DNA from: Azolla caroliniana
Lineage: Eukaryota; Plantae; Polypodiophyta
Assembly (NCBI GenBank): GCA_043228905.1
Contig: JBHGNT010000044.1
Coordinates: 1 to 64,000, forward strand
Direction of reading: 5' to 3'
DNA length: 64,000 bases
In this document: in pieces, positions 1-12,900 of the stretch
Numbering within the stretch: position 1 is the stretch's first letter
Layout of the letters: each line of letters begins with the position of its first letter
Position numbers and translations under genes: made by a program
The notes under the pieces: model-generated
Database searches by the model: none
Told to the model about the DNA's origin: nothing
What the model saw: the letters and a program-made list of their open reading frames with translations, nothing else

Positions 1-3000
1 AGGAGGGAGTTGAGAAGAGCCCGTGAGTAAATTAAAATGTTCATACCTGGATCGGGTGATCCCGGATTTTTGTGTTGAAAGATGCGAATCGAAGCTAACA
101 ACACTAGCTATGACATGGAATTAAAGAATCAAGATTTTGAAACTCAAGTCGAGAGACATGAAGAAATTCGCAAGTTAGAGGAGGGAGTTGAGAAGAGCCC
201 ATGACTAAATTAAAATGTTCATACCTGGCCCATGTGATATCGGATTTTAGTTTTCAAAGATGCGAATCGAAGCTAACAACGCTATCTATGCATTTGAATT
301 AAAAAATCAAGATTTTGAAACTCAAGTCGATAGACATGAAGAAATTCGCAAGTTAGAGGAGGGAGTTGAGAAGAGCCCGTGAGTAATTTAAAATGTTCAT
401 ACCTGGCCCATGCGATATCGGATTTTAGTGTTCAAAGATGCGAATCGAAGCTAACAATGGTAGCTCTGATATAGAATATGAAAATAAAGATTTTGAAACA
501 AAGATCCACAGACATGAAGAAATTACAAAATTTGAGGAGGGAGTTGAGAAGAGCGGGTCAGTAAATTAAAATGTTCATACCTGGCTCGGGTGATCCCGGA
601 TTTTTGTGTTCAAAGATGCGAATCGAAGCTACCAACACTAGCTATGACATGGAATTAAAGAATCAAGATTTTGAAACTCAAGTCGAGAGACATGAAGAAA
701 TTCGCAAGTTAGAGGAGGGAGTTGAGAAGAGCCCGTGAGTAAATTAAAATGTTCATACCTGGCCCATGTGATATCGGATTTTAGTGTTCAAAGATGCGAA
801 TCGAAGCTTACAATGCTAGCTCTAATATGGAATATAAAAATAAAAATTTTGAAACAAAGATCGACAGACATGAAGAAATTACCAAATTTGAGGAGGGAGT
901 TGAGAAGAGCGGGTCAGTAAATTAAAATGTTCATACCTGGCTTGGGTGATCCCGGATTTCTGTGTTCAAAGATTCGAATCAAAGCTACCAACACTAGCTA
1001 TGAAATCAAGATTTTGAAACTCAAGTCGATAGACATGAAGAAATTCGCAAGTTAGAGGAGGTTGTTGCGAAGAGCCCGTGAGTAATTTAAAATGTTCATA
1101 CCTGGCCCATGTGATATCGGATTTTAGTGTTCAAAGATGCAAATCGAAGCTAACAATGCTAGCTCAGATATGGAATTTAGAAATAAAGATTTTGAAACAA
1201 AGATTGACAGACATGAAGAAATTACAAAATTTGAGGAGGGAGTTGAGAAGAGCGGGTCAGTAAATTAAAATGTTCATACCTGGCTCGGGTAATCCCGGAT
1301 TTTTGTGTTCAAAGATGCGAATCGAAGTTACCAACACTAGCTATGATATGGAATTAAAAAATCAAGATTTTGAAACTCAAGTCGAGAGACATGAAGAAAT
1401 TCGCAAGTTAGAGGAGGGAGTTGAGAAGAGCCCGTGAGTAAATTAAAATGTTCATACCTGGCCCATGTGATATCGGATTTTAGTTTTCAAAGATGCGAAT
1501 CGAAGCCAACAACGCTATCTATGAATTTGAATTAAAAAATCAAGATTTTGAAACTCAAGTCGATAGACATGAAGAAATTCGCAAGTTAGAGGAGGGAGTT
1601 GAGAAGAGCCTGTGAGTAATTTAAAATGTTCATACCTGGCCCATGTGATATCGGATTTTAGTGTTCAAAGATGCGAATCGAAGCTAACAATGGTAGCTCT
1701 GATATGGAATATAAAAATAAAGATTTTGAAACAAAGATCGACAGACATGAAGAAATTACCAAATTTGAGGAGGGAGTTGAGAAGAGCGGGTCAGTAAATT
1801 AAAATGTTCATACCTGGCTCGGGTGATCCCGGATTTTTGTGTTCAAAGATGCGAATCGAAGCTACCAACACTAGCTATGAAATCAAGATTTTGCAACTCA
1901 AGTCGATAGACATGAAGAAATTCGCAAGTTAGAGGAGGGAGTTGCGAAGAGCCCGTGAGTAATTTAAAATGTTCATACCTGGCCCATGTGATATCGGATT
2001 TTAGTGTTCAAAGATGCGAATCGAAGGTAACAACGCTAGCTCTGATATGGTATTAAAAAAAAAGGATTTTGAAACTTAGATCGACAGACATGAAGAGATT
2101 ACCAAATTTGACGAGGGAGTTGAGAAGAGCGCGTCAGTATATTAAAATGTTCATACCTGGCGTATGTGATATCGGATTTTAGTTTTCAAAGATGCGAATC
2201 GAAGCTAACAACGCTATCTATGAATTTGAATTAAAAAATCAAGATTTTGAAACTCAAGTCTATAGACATGAAGAAATTCGCAAGTTAGAGGAGGGAATTG
2301 AGAAGAGCCCGTGAGTAATTTAAAATGTTCATACCTGGCCCATGTGATATCGGATTTTAGTGTTCAAAGATGCGAATCGAAGCTTACAATGCTAGCTCTG
2401 ATATGGAATATAAAAAGAAAAATTTTGAAACAAAGATCGACAGACATGAAGAAATTACCAAATTTGAGGAGGGAGTTGAGAAGAGCGGGTCAGTAAATTA
2501 AAATGTTCATACCTGGCTTGGGTGATCCCGGATTTTTGTGTTCAAAGATGCGAATCGAAGCTACCAACACTAGCTATGAAATCAAGATTTTGAAACTCAA
2601 GTCGATAGACATGAAGATATTCGCAAGTTAGAGGAGGGAGTTGCGAAGAGCCCGTGAGTAATTTAAAATGTTCATACCTGGCCCATGTGATATCGGAATT
2701 TAGTGTTCAAAGATGCGAATCGAAGCTAACAATGCTAGCTCAGATATGGAATTTAAAAATAAAGATTTTGAAACAAAGATAGACAGACATGAAGAAATTA
2801 CCAAATTTGAGGAGGGAGTTTAGAAGAGCGGGTCAGTAAATTAAAATGTTCATACCTGGCTCGGGTGATCCCGGATTTTTGTGTTCAAAGATGCGAATCG
2901 AAGCTACCAACACTAGCTATGAAATCAAGATTTTGAAACTCAAGTCAATAGACATGAAGAAATTTGCAAGTTAGAGGAGGGAGTTGCGAAGAGCCCGTGA

Positions 3001-5499
3001 GTAATTTAAAATGTTCATACCTGGCCCATGTGATATCGGATTTTAGTGTTCAAAGATGCGAATCGAAGCTAACAATGCTATCTCTGATATGGAATTTAAA
3101 AATAAAGATTTTGAAACAAAGATTGACAGACATGAAGAAATTACCAAATTTGAGGAGGGAGTTGAGAAGAGCGGGCCAGTAAATTAAAATGTTCATACCT
3201 GGCTCGGGTGATCCCGGATTTTTGTGTTCAAAGATGCGAATCGAAGCTACCAACACTAGCTATCATATGGAATTAAAAGATCAAGATTTTGAAACTCAAG
3301 TCGAGAGACATGAAGAAATTCGCAAGTTAGAGGAGGGAGTTGAGAAGAGCCCGTGAGTAAATTAAAATGTTCATACCTGGCCCATGTGATATGGGATTTT
3401 AGTGTTCAGAGATGTGAATCGAAGCTAACAACGCTATCTATGAATTTGAATTAAAAAATCAAGATTTTGAAACTCAAGTCGATAGACATGAAGAAATTCG
3501 CAAGTTAGAGGAGGGAGTTGAGAAGAGCCCGTGAGTAAATTAAAATTTTCATACCTGGATCGGGTGATCCCGGATTTTTGTGTTGAAAGATGCGAATCGA
3601 AGCTAACAACACTAGCTATGACATGGAATTAAAGAATCAAGATTTTGAAACTCAAGTCGAGAGACATGAAGAAATTCAAAACGTTAGAGGAGGGAGTTGA
3701 GAAGAGCCCATGACTAAATTAAAATGTTCATACCTGGCCCATGTGATATCGGATTTTAGTTTTCAAAGATGCGAATCGAAGCTAACAACGCTATCTATGA
3801 ATTTGAATTAAAAAATCAAGATTTTGAAACTCAAGTCGATAGACATGAAGAAATTCGCAAGTTAGAGGAGGGAGTTGAGAAGAGCCCGTGAGTAATTTAA
3901 AATGTTCATACCTGGCCCATGTGATATCGGATTTTGAAGTGTTCAAAAGATGCGAATCGAAGCTAACAATGGTAGCTCTGATATGGAATATGAAAATAAA
4001 GATTTTGAAACAAAGATCAACAGACATGAAGAAATTACAAAATTTGAGGAGGGAGTTGAGAAGAGCGGGTCAGTAAATTAAAATGTTCATACCTGGCTCG
4101 GGTGATCCCGGATTTTTACGTTCAAAGATGCGAATCGAAGCTACCAACACTAGCTATGACATGGAATTAAAGAATCAAGATTTTAAAACTCAAGTCGAGA
4201 GACATGAAGAAATTCGCAAGTTAGAGGAGGGAGTTGAGAAGAGCCCATGACTAAATTAAAATGTTCATACCTGGCCCATGTGATATCGGATTTTTGTGTT
4301 CAAAGATGCGAATCGAAGCTAACAACGCTATCTATGAATTTGAATTAAAAAATCAAGATTTTGAAACTCAAGTCGATAGACATGAAGAAATTCGCAAGTT
4401 AGAGGAGGGAATTGAGAAGAGCCCGTGAGTAATTTAAAATGTTCATACCTGGCCCATGTGATATCGGATTTTAGTGTTCAAAGATGCGAATCGAAGCTTA
4501 CAATGCTAGCTCTGATATGGAATATAAAAATAAAAATTTTGAAACAAAGATCGACAGACATGAAGAAATTACCAAATTTGAGGAGGGAGTTGAGAAGAGC
4601 GGGTCAGTAAATTAAAATGTTCATACCTGGCTTGGGTGATCCCGGATTTTTGTGTTCAAAGATGCGAATCGAAGCTACCAACACTAGCTATGAAATCAAG
4701 ATTTTGAAACTCAAGTCGATAGACATGAAGAAATTCGCAAGTTAGAGGAGGGAGTTGCGAAGAGCCCGTGAGTAATTTAAAATGTTCATACCTGGCCCAT
4801 GTGATATCGGATTTTAGTGTTCAAAGATGCGAATCGAAGCTAACAATGCTAGCTCAGATATGGAATTTAAAAATAAAGATTTTGAAACAAAGATAGACAG
4901 ACATGAAGAAATTACCAAATTTGAGGAGGGAGTTTAGAAGAGCGGGTCAGTAAATTAAAATGTTCATACCTGGCTCGGGTGATCCCGGATTTTTGTGTTC
5001 AAAGATGCGAATCGAAGTTACCAACACTAGCTATGATATGGAATTAAAAAATCAAGATTTTGAAATTCAAGTCGAGAGACATGAAGAAATTCGCAAGTTA
5101 GAGGAGGGAGTTGAGAAGAGCCCGTGAGTAAATTAAAATGTTCATACCTGGCCCATGTGATATCGGATTTTAGTTTTCAAAGATGCGAATCGAAGCTAAC
5201 AATGGTAGCTCTGATATGGAATATAAAAATAAAGATTTTGAACCAAAGATCGACAGACATGAAGAAATTACCAAATTTGAGGAGGGAGTTGAGAAGAGCG
5301 GGTTAGTAAATTAAAATGTTCATACCTGGCTCGGGTGATCCCGGATTTTTGTGTTCAAAGATGCGAATCGAAGCTACCAACACTAGCTATGAAATCAAGA
5401 TTTTGAAACTCAAGTCAATAGACATGAAGAAATTTGCAAGTTAGAGGAGGGAGTTGCGAAGAGCCCGTGAGTAATTTAAAATGTTCATACCTGGTCCAT

Positions 5500-8400
5500 G
5501 TGATATCGAATTTTAGTGTTCAAAGATGCGAATCTAAGCTAACAATGCTAGCTCTGATATGGAATATAAAAATAAAGATTTTGAAACAAAGATCGACAGA
5601 CATGAAGAAATTACCAAATTTGAGGAGGGAGTTGAGAAGAGCGGGTTAGTAAATTAAAATGTTCATACCTTGCTCGGGTAATTCCGGATTTTTGTGTTCT
5701 AAGATGCGAATCGAAGCTAACAACACTAGCTATGATATGGAATTAAAAAATCAAGATTTTGAAACTCAAGTCGACAGACATGAAGAAATTCGCAAGTTAG
5801 ACGAGGCAGTTGAGAAGAGCCCGTGAGTAATTTAAAATGTTCATACCTGGCCCATGTGATATCGGATTTTAGTGTTCAAAGATCCGAATCGAAGCTAACA
5901 ATGCTAGCTCTGATATGGAATTTAAACATAAAGATTTTGAAACAAAGATTGACAGACATGAAGAAATTACCAAATTTGAGGAGGGAGTTGAGAAGAGCGG
6001 GTCAGTAAATTAAAATGTTCATACCTGGCTCGGGTGATCCCGGCTTTTTGTGTTCAAAGATGCGAATCGAAGCTACCAACACTAGCTATGATATGGAATT
6101 AAAAAATCAAGATTTTGAAACTCAAGTCGAGAGACCTGAAGAAATTCGCAAGTTAGAGGAGGGAGTTGAGAAGAGCCCGTGAGTAAATTAAAATGTTCAT
6201 ACCTGGCCCATGTGATATCTGATTTCTGTGTTCAAAGATGCGAATCGAAGGTAACAACGCTAGCTCGGAAAAGGACTTAAAAAATCAAGATTTGGAAACT
6301 CAGATCGACAGACATGAAGTAATTCCCAAATTAGAGGAGGCAGTATATTAAAATGTTCATACCTGGCCTATGTGATATCGGATTTTAGTGTTCAAAGATG
6401 CGAATCGAAGCTTACAACGCTATCTATGAATTTGAATTAAAAAATCAAGATTTTGAAACTCAAGTCGATAGACATGAAGAAATGCGCAAGTTAGAGGAGG
6501 GAGTTGAGAAGAGCCCGTGACTAATTTAAAATGTTCATACCTGGCCCATGTGATATCGGATTTTAGTGTTCAAAGATGCGAATCGAAGCTAACAACGCTA
6601 GCTCTGATATGGAATTAAAAAATAAAGATTTTGATGCTCAGATCGAGAGACATGAAGAAATTACTTAAATTGAGGAGGGAGTTGAGAAGAGCGGGTCAGT
6701 AAATTAAAATGTTCATACCTGGCTCGGGTGATCCCGGATTTTTGTGTTCAAAGATGCGAATCGAAGCTACCAACACTAGCTATGACATGGAATTAAAGAA
6801 TCAAGATTTTGAAACTCAAGTCGAGAGACATGAAGAAATTCGCAAGTTAGAGGAGGGAGTTGAGAAGAGCCCCTGACTAAATTAAAATGTTCATACCTGG
6901 CCCATGTGATATCGGATTTTAGTGTTCAAAGATGCGAATCGAAGCTAACAACGCTATCTATGAATTTGAATTAAAAAATAAGGATTTTGAAAGTTAGATC
7001 GACACACCTGAAGAAATTACCAAATTTGAGGAGGGAGTTGAGAAGAGCGCGTAAGTATATTAAAATCTTCATACCTGGCCCATGTGATATCGGATTTTAG
7101 TGTTCAAAGATGCCAATCGAAGCTAACAACGCTATCTATGAATTTGAATTAAAAAATCAAGATTTTAAAACTCAAGTCGACATACAAGAAGAAATTCGCA
7201 AGTTAGAGGAGGGAGTTGAGAAGAGCCCGTGAGTAATTTAAAAGGTTCATACCTGGCCCATGTGATATCGGATTTTAGTGTTCAAAGATGCGAATCGAAG
7301 CTAACAACGCTAGGTCTCATATGGAATTAAAAAATCAAGATTTTGAATCTCAGATCGAGAGACATGAAGAAATTACCAAATTAGAGGAGGGAGTTGAGAA
7401 GAGCGCGTCAGTATATTAAAATGTTCATACCTGGCTCGGGTGATCCCGGATATTTGTGTTCAAAGATGCGAATCGAAGCTAACAACACTAGCTATGCTAT
7501 CGAATTAAAAAATCAAGATTTTGAAACTCAAGTCGAGAGACAAGAAGCAATTCGCAAGTTAGAGGAGGGAGTTCAGAAGATCCCGTGAGTAAATTAAAAT
7601 GTTCATACCTGGCCCATGTGATATCGGATTTTAGTGTTCAAAGATGCGAATCGAAGCTAACAACGCTATCTATGAATTTGAATTAAAAAATCAAGATTTT
7701 GAAACTCAAGTCGATATACATGAAGAAATTCGTAAGTTAGAGGAGGAGTTGAGAAGAGCCCGTGAGTAATTTAAAATGTTCATACCTGGCCCATGTGATA
7801 TCGGATTTTAGTGTTCAAAGATGTGAATCGAAGCTAACAACGCTAGCTCTAATATGGAATTAAAAAATGAGGATTTTGAAACTCAAGTCGAGAGACATGA
7901 AGAAATTACAAAATTTTGAGGAGGGAGTTCAGAAGAGCGGGTCAGTAAATTAAAATGTTCATACCTAGCTCGGGTGATCCCGGATTTTTGTGTTCAAAGA
8001 TGCGAATCGAAGCTAACAACGCTAGGTCTCATATGGAATTAAAAAATCAAGATTTTGAATCTCAGATCGAGAGACATGAAGAAATTACCAAATTAGAGGA
8101 GGGAGTTGAGAAGAGCGCGTCAGTATATTAAAATGTTCATACCTGGCTCGGGTGATCCCGGATATTTGTGTTCAAAGATGTGAATCGAAGCTAACAACAC
8201 TAGCTATGCTATCGAATTAAAAAACCAAGATTTTGAAACTCAAGTCGAGAGACAAGAAGCAATTCGCAAGTTAGAGGAGGGAGTTCAGAAGATCCCGTGA
8301 GTAAATTAAAATGTTCATACCTGGCCCATGTGATATCGGATTTTAGTGTTCAAAGATGCGAATCGAAGCTGACAACGCTATCTATGAATTTGAATTATAA

Positions 8401-11400
8401 AATCAAGATTTTGAAACTCAAGTCGATATACATGAAGAATTTCGTAAGTTAGAGGAGGAGTTGAGAAGAGCCCGTGAGTAATTTAAAATGTTCATACCTG
8501 GCCCATGTGATATCGGATTTTAGTGTTCAAAAATGTGAATCGAAGCTAACAACGCTAGCTCTAATATGGAATTAAAAAATGAGGATTTTGAAACTCAAGT
8601 CGAGAGACATGAAGAAATTACAAAATTTTGAGGAGGGAGTTCAGAAGAGCGGGTCAGTAAATTAAAACGTTCATACCTAGCTCGGGTGATCCCGGATTTT
8701 TGTGTTCAAAGATGCGAATCGAAGCGACCAACACTAGCTATGATATGCAATTAAAAAATCAAGATTTTCAAAGTCAGATCGAGAGACATGAAGAAATTAC
8801 CAAATTTGAGGAGGGACTTGAGAAGAGCGCGTCAGTATATTAAAATGTTCATACCTGGCCTATGTGATATCGGATTTTAGTGTTCAAACAAACGAATCGA
8901 AGCTAATAACGCTACCTATGATATGGAATTAAAAAATCAAGATTTCGAAAGTCAGATCGACAGACATGAAGAAATTACCAAATTAGAGGAGGGAGTTCAG
9001 AAGAGCGCGTCAGTATATTAAAATCTTCATACCTAGCCCATGTGATATCGGATTTTAGTGTTCAAAGATGCGAATCAAAGATAACAAGGCTATCTATGAA
9101 TTTGAATTATAAAATCAAGATTTTGAAACTCAAGTCGATATACATGAAGAAATTCGCAAGTTAGAGGAGGGAGTTGAGAAGAGCCTGTGAGTAATTTAAA
9201 ATGTTCATACCTGGCCCATGTGATATCGGATTTTAGTGTTCAAAGATGCGAATCGAAGCTAACAACGCTAGCTCTGATATGGTATTAAAAAATAAGGATT
9301 TTGAAACTTAGATCGACACACCTGAAGAAATTACCAAATTTGAGGAGGGAGTTGAGAAGAGCGCGTAAGTATTTTAAAATGTTCATACCTGGCCCATGTG
9401 ATATCGGATTTTAGTGTTCAAAGATGCGAATCGAAGCTAACAATGCTAGCTCTGATATGGAATATAAAAATAAAAATGTTGAAACAAAGATCGACAGACA
9501 TGAAGAAATTACCAAATTTGAGGAGGGACTTGAGAAGAGCGGGTTAGTAAATTAAAATGTTCATACCTTGCTCGGGTGATCCCGGATTTTTGTGTTCTAA
9601 GATGCGAATCGAAGCTAACAACACTAGCTATGATATGGAATTAAAAAATCAAGATTTTGAAACTCAAGTCGAGAGACATGAAGAAATTCGCAAGTTAGAC
9701 GAGGGAGTTGAGAAGAGCCCGTGAGTAATTTAAAATGTTCATACCTGGCCCATGTGATATCGGATTTTTGTGTTCAAAGCTGCGAATCGAAGCTAACAAT
9801 GCTAGCTCTGATATGGAATTTAAACATAAAGATTTTGAACAAAGATTGACAGACATGAAGAAATTACCAAATTTGAGGAGGGAATTGAGAAGAGCGGGTC
9901 AGTAAATTAAAATGTTCATACCTGGCTCGGGTGATCCCGGATTTTTGTGTTCAAAGATGCGAATCGAAGCTACCAACACTAGCTATGAAATCAAGATTTT
10001 GAAACTCAAGTCGATAGACATGAAGATATTCGCAAGTTAGAGGAGGGAGTTGCGAAGAGCCCGTGAGTAATTTAAAATGTTCATACCTGGCCCATGTGAT
10101 ATCGGAATTTAGTGTTCAAAGATGCGAATCGAAGCTAACAATGCTAGCTCAGATATGGAATTTTTGTGTTCAAAGATGCGAATCGAAGCTACCAACACTA
10201 GCTATGATATGGAATTAAAAGATCAAGATTTTGAAACTCAAGTCGAGAGACCTAAAGAAATTCGCAAGTTAGAGGAGGGAGTTGAGAAGAGCTCGTGAGT
10301 AAATTAAAATGTTCATACCTGGCCCATGTGATATCTGATTTCTGTGTTCAAAGATGCGAATCGAAGGTAACAACGCTAGCTCTGAAAAGGACTTAAAAAA
10401 TCAAGAGGAGGGAGTATATTAAAATGTTCATACCTGGCCTATGTGATATCGGATTTTAGTGTTCAAAGATGCGAATCGAAGCTTACAACGCTATCTATGA
10501 ATTTGAATTAAAAAATCAAGATTTGGAAACTCAAGTCGATAGACATGAGGAAATGCGCAAGTTGGAGGAGGGAGTTGAGAAGAGCCCGTGAATAATTTAA
10601 AATGTTCATACCTGGCCCATGTGATATCGGATTTTAGTGTTCAAAGATGCGAATCGAAGCTAACAACGCTATCTCTGATATGGAATTAAAAAATAAAGAT
10701 TTTGATACTCAGATCGAGAGACATGAAGAAATTACTAAAATTGAGGAGGGAGTTGAGAAGAGCGGGTCAGTAAATTAAAATTTTCATACCTGGCTCGGGT
10801 GATCCCGGATTTTTGTGTTCAAAGATGCGAATAGAAGCTACCAACACTAGCTATGACATGGAATTAAAGAATCAAGATTTTGAAACTCAAATCGAGGGAC
10901 ATGAAGAAATTCGCAAGTTAGAGGAGGGAGTTGAGAAGAGCCCATGACTAAATTAAAATGTTCATACCTGGCCCATGTGATATCGGATTTTAGTGTTCAA
11001 AGATGCGAATCGAAGCTAACAACGCTATCTATGAATTTGAATTAAAAAATCAAGATTTTGAAACTCAAGTCGATAGACATGAAGAAATTCGCAAGTTAGA
11101 GGAGGGAGTTGAGAAGAGCCCGTGAGTAATTTAAAATGTTCATACCTGGCCCATGTGATATCGGATTTTAGTGTTCAAAGATGCGAATCGAAGCTAACAA
11201 CGCTAGCTCTGATATGGTATTAAGAAATAAGGATTTTGAAAGTTAGATCGACACACCTGAAGAAATTACCAAATTTGAGGAGGGAGTTGAGAAGAGCGCG
11301 TAAGTATATTAAAATCTTCATACCTGGCCCATGTGATATCGGATTTTAGTGTTCAAAGATGCCAATCGAAGCTAACAACGCTATCTATGAATTTGAATTA

Positions 11401-12900
11401 AAAAATCAACATTTTAAAACTCAAGTCGACATACAAGAAGAAATTCGCAAGTTAGAGGAGGGAGTTGAGAAGAGCCCGTGAGTAATTTAAAACGTTCATA
11501 CCTGGCCCATGTGATATCGGATTTTAGTGTTCAAAGATGCGAATCGAAGCTAACAACGCTAGGTCTCATATGGAATTAAAAAATCAAGATTTTGAATCTC
11601 AGATCGAGAGACATGAAGAAATTACCAAATTAGAGGAGGGAGTGGAGAAGAGCGCGTCAGTATATTAAAATGTTCATACCTGGCTCGGGTGATCCCGGAT
11701 ATTTGTGTTCAAAGATGCGACTCGAAGCTAACAACACTAGCTATGCTATCGAATTAAAAAATCAAGATTTTGAAACTCAAGTCGAGAGACAAGAAGCAAT
11801 TCGCAAGTTAGAGGAGGGAGTTCAGAAGATCCCGTGAGTAAATTAAAATGTTCATACCTGGCCCATGTGATATCGGATTTTAGTGTTCAAAGATGCGAAT
11901 CGAAGCTAACAACTCTATGTATGAATTTGAATTAAAAAATCAAGATTTTGAAACTCAAGTCGATATAGATGAAGAAATTCGTAAGTTAGAGGAGGAGTTG
12001 AGAAGAGCCCGTGAGTAATTTAAAATGTTCATACCTGGCCCATGTGATATCGGATTTTAGTGTTCAAAGATGTGAATCGAAGCTAACAACGCTAGCTCTA
12101 ATATGGAATTAAAAAATGAGGATTTTGAAACTCAAGTCGAGAGACATGAAGAAATTACAAAATTTTGAGGAGGGAGTTCAGAAGAGCGGGTCAGTAAATT
12201 AAAATGTTCATACCTAGCTCGGGTGATCCCGGATTTTTGTGTTCAAAGATGCGAATCGAAGCGACCAACACTAGCTATGATATGCAATTAAGAAATCAAG
12301 ATTTTGAAAGTCAGATAGAGAGACATGAAGAAATTACCAAATTAGAGGAGGGAGTTCAGAAGAGCGCGTCAGTATATTAAAATCTTCATACCTAGCCCAT
12401 GTGATATCGGATTTTAGTGTTCAAAGATGCGAATCGAAGATAACAACGCTATCTATGAATTTGAAATATAAAATCAAGATTTTGAAACTCAAGTCGATAT
12501 ACATGAAGAAATTCGCATGTTAGAGGAGGGAGTTGAGAAGAGCCTGTGAGTAATTTAAAATGTTCATACCTGGCCCATGTGATATCGGATTTTAGTGTTC
12601 AAAGATGCGAATCGAAGCTAACAACGCTAGCTCTGATATGGTATTAAAAAATAAGGATTTTGAAACTTAGATCGACACACCTGAAGAAATTACCAAATTT
12701 GAGGAGGGAGTTGAGAAGAGCGCGTAAGTATATTAAAATCTTCATACCTGGCCCAGGTGATATCGGATTTTAGTGTTCAAAGATGCGAATCGAAGCTAAC
12801 AACGCTATCTATGAATTTGAAATTAAAAAATCAAGATTTTGAAACTCAAGTCGACATACATGAAGAAATTCGCAAGTTAGAGGAGGGAGTTGAGAAGAGC
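5500..12900. repeat. Old, diverged ~3.4-4.2-kb tandem duplication within subfamily L
   Basis: Rare variants recur in the same order: GTTCTAAGATG 5696/9594, TTTAAACATAAAG 5921/9819, AAAAGGACT 6269/10385, GAAATGCGCAAG 6479/10550, GATGCCAATC 7109/11358, GCGACCAAC 8724/12261, CCTAGCCCATG 9032/12391. Confidence 0.85.
7270..8720. repeat. 4-monomer (712-bp) tandem duplication
   Basis: TAGGTCTCAT at 7311 and 8023. GAAGCAATTCG, GTTCAGAAGATCCC, the 1-bp-short GAGGAGGAGTT and CAAAATTTTGAG repeat at the same offset. Confidence 0.88.

Noticed and set aside
3670-3950. Local oddities GAAATTCAAAACGTTAG (~3671) and ATTTTGAAGTGTTCAAAAG (~3931); also AGTAGAAAACTT at ~38391
   Set aside because: Singletons absent from paralogous copies, mostly beside homopolymers. 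They may be consensus errors and cannot be interpreted without reads.
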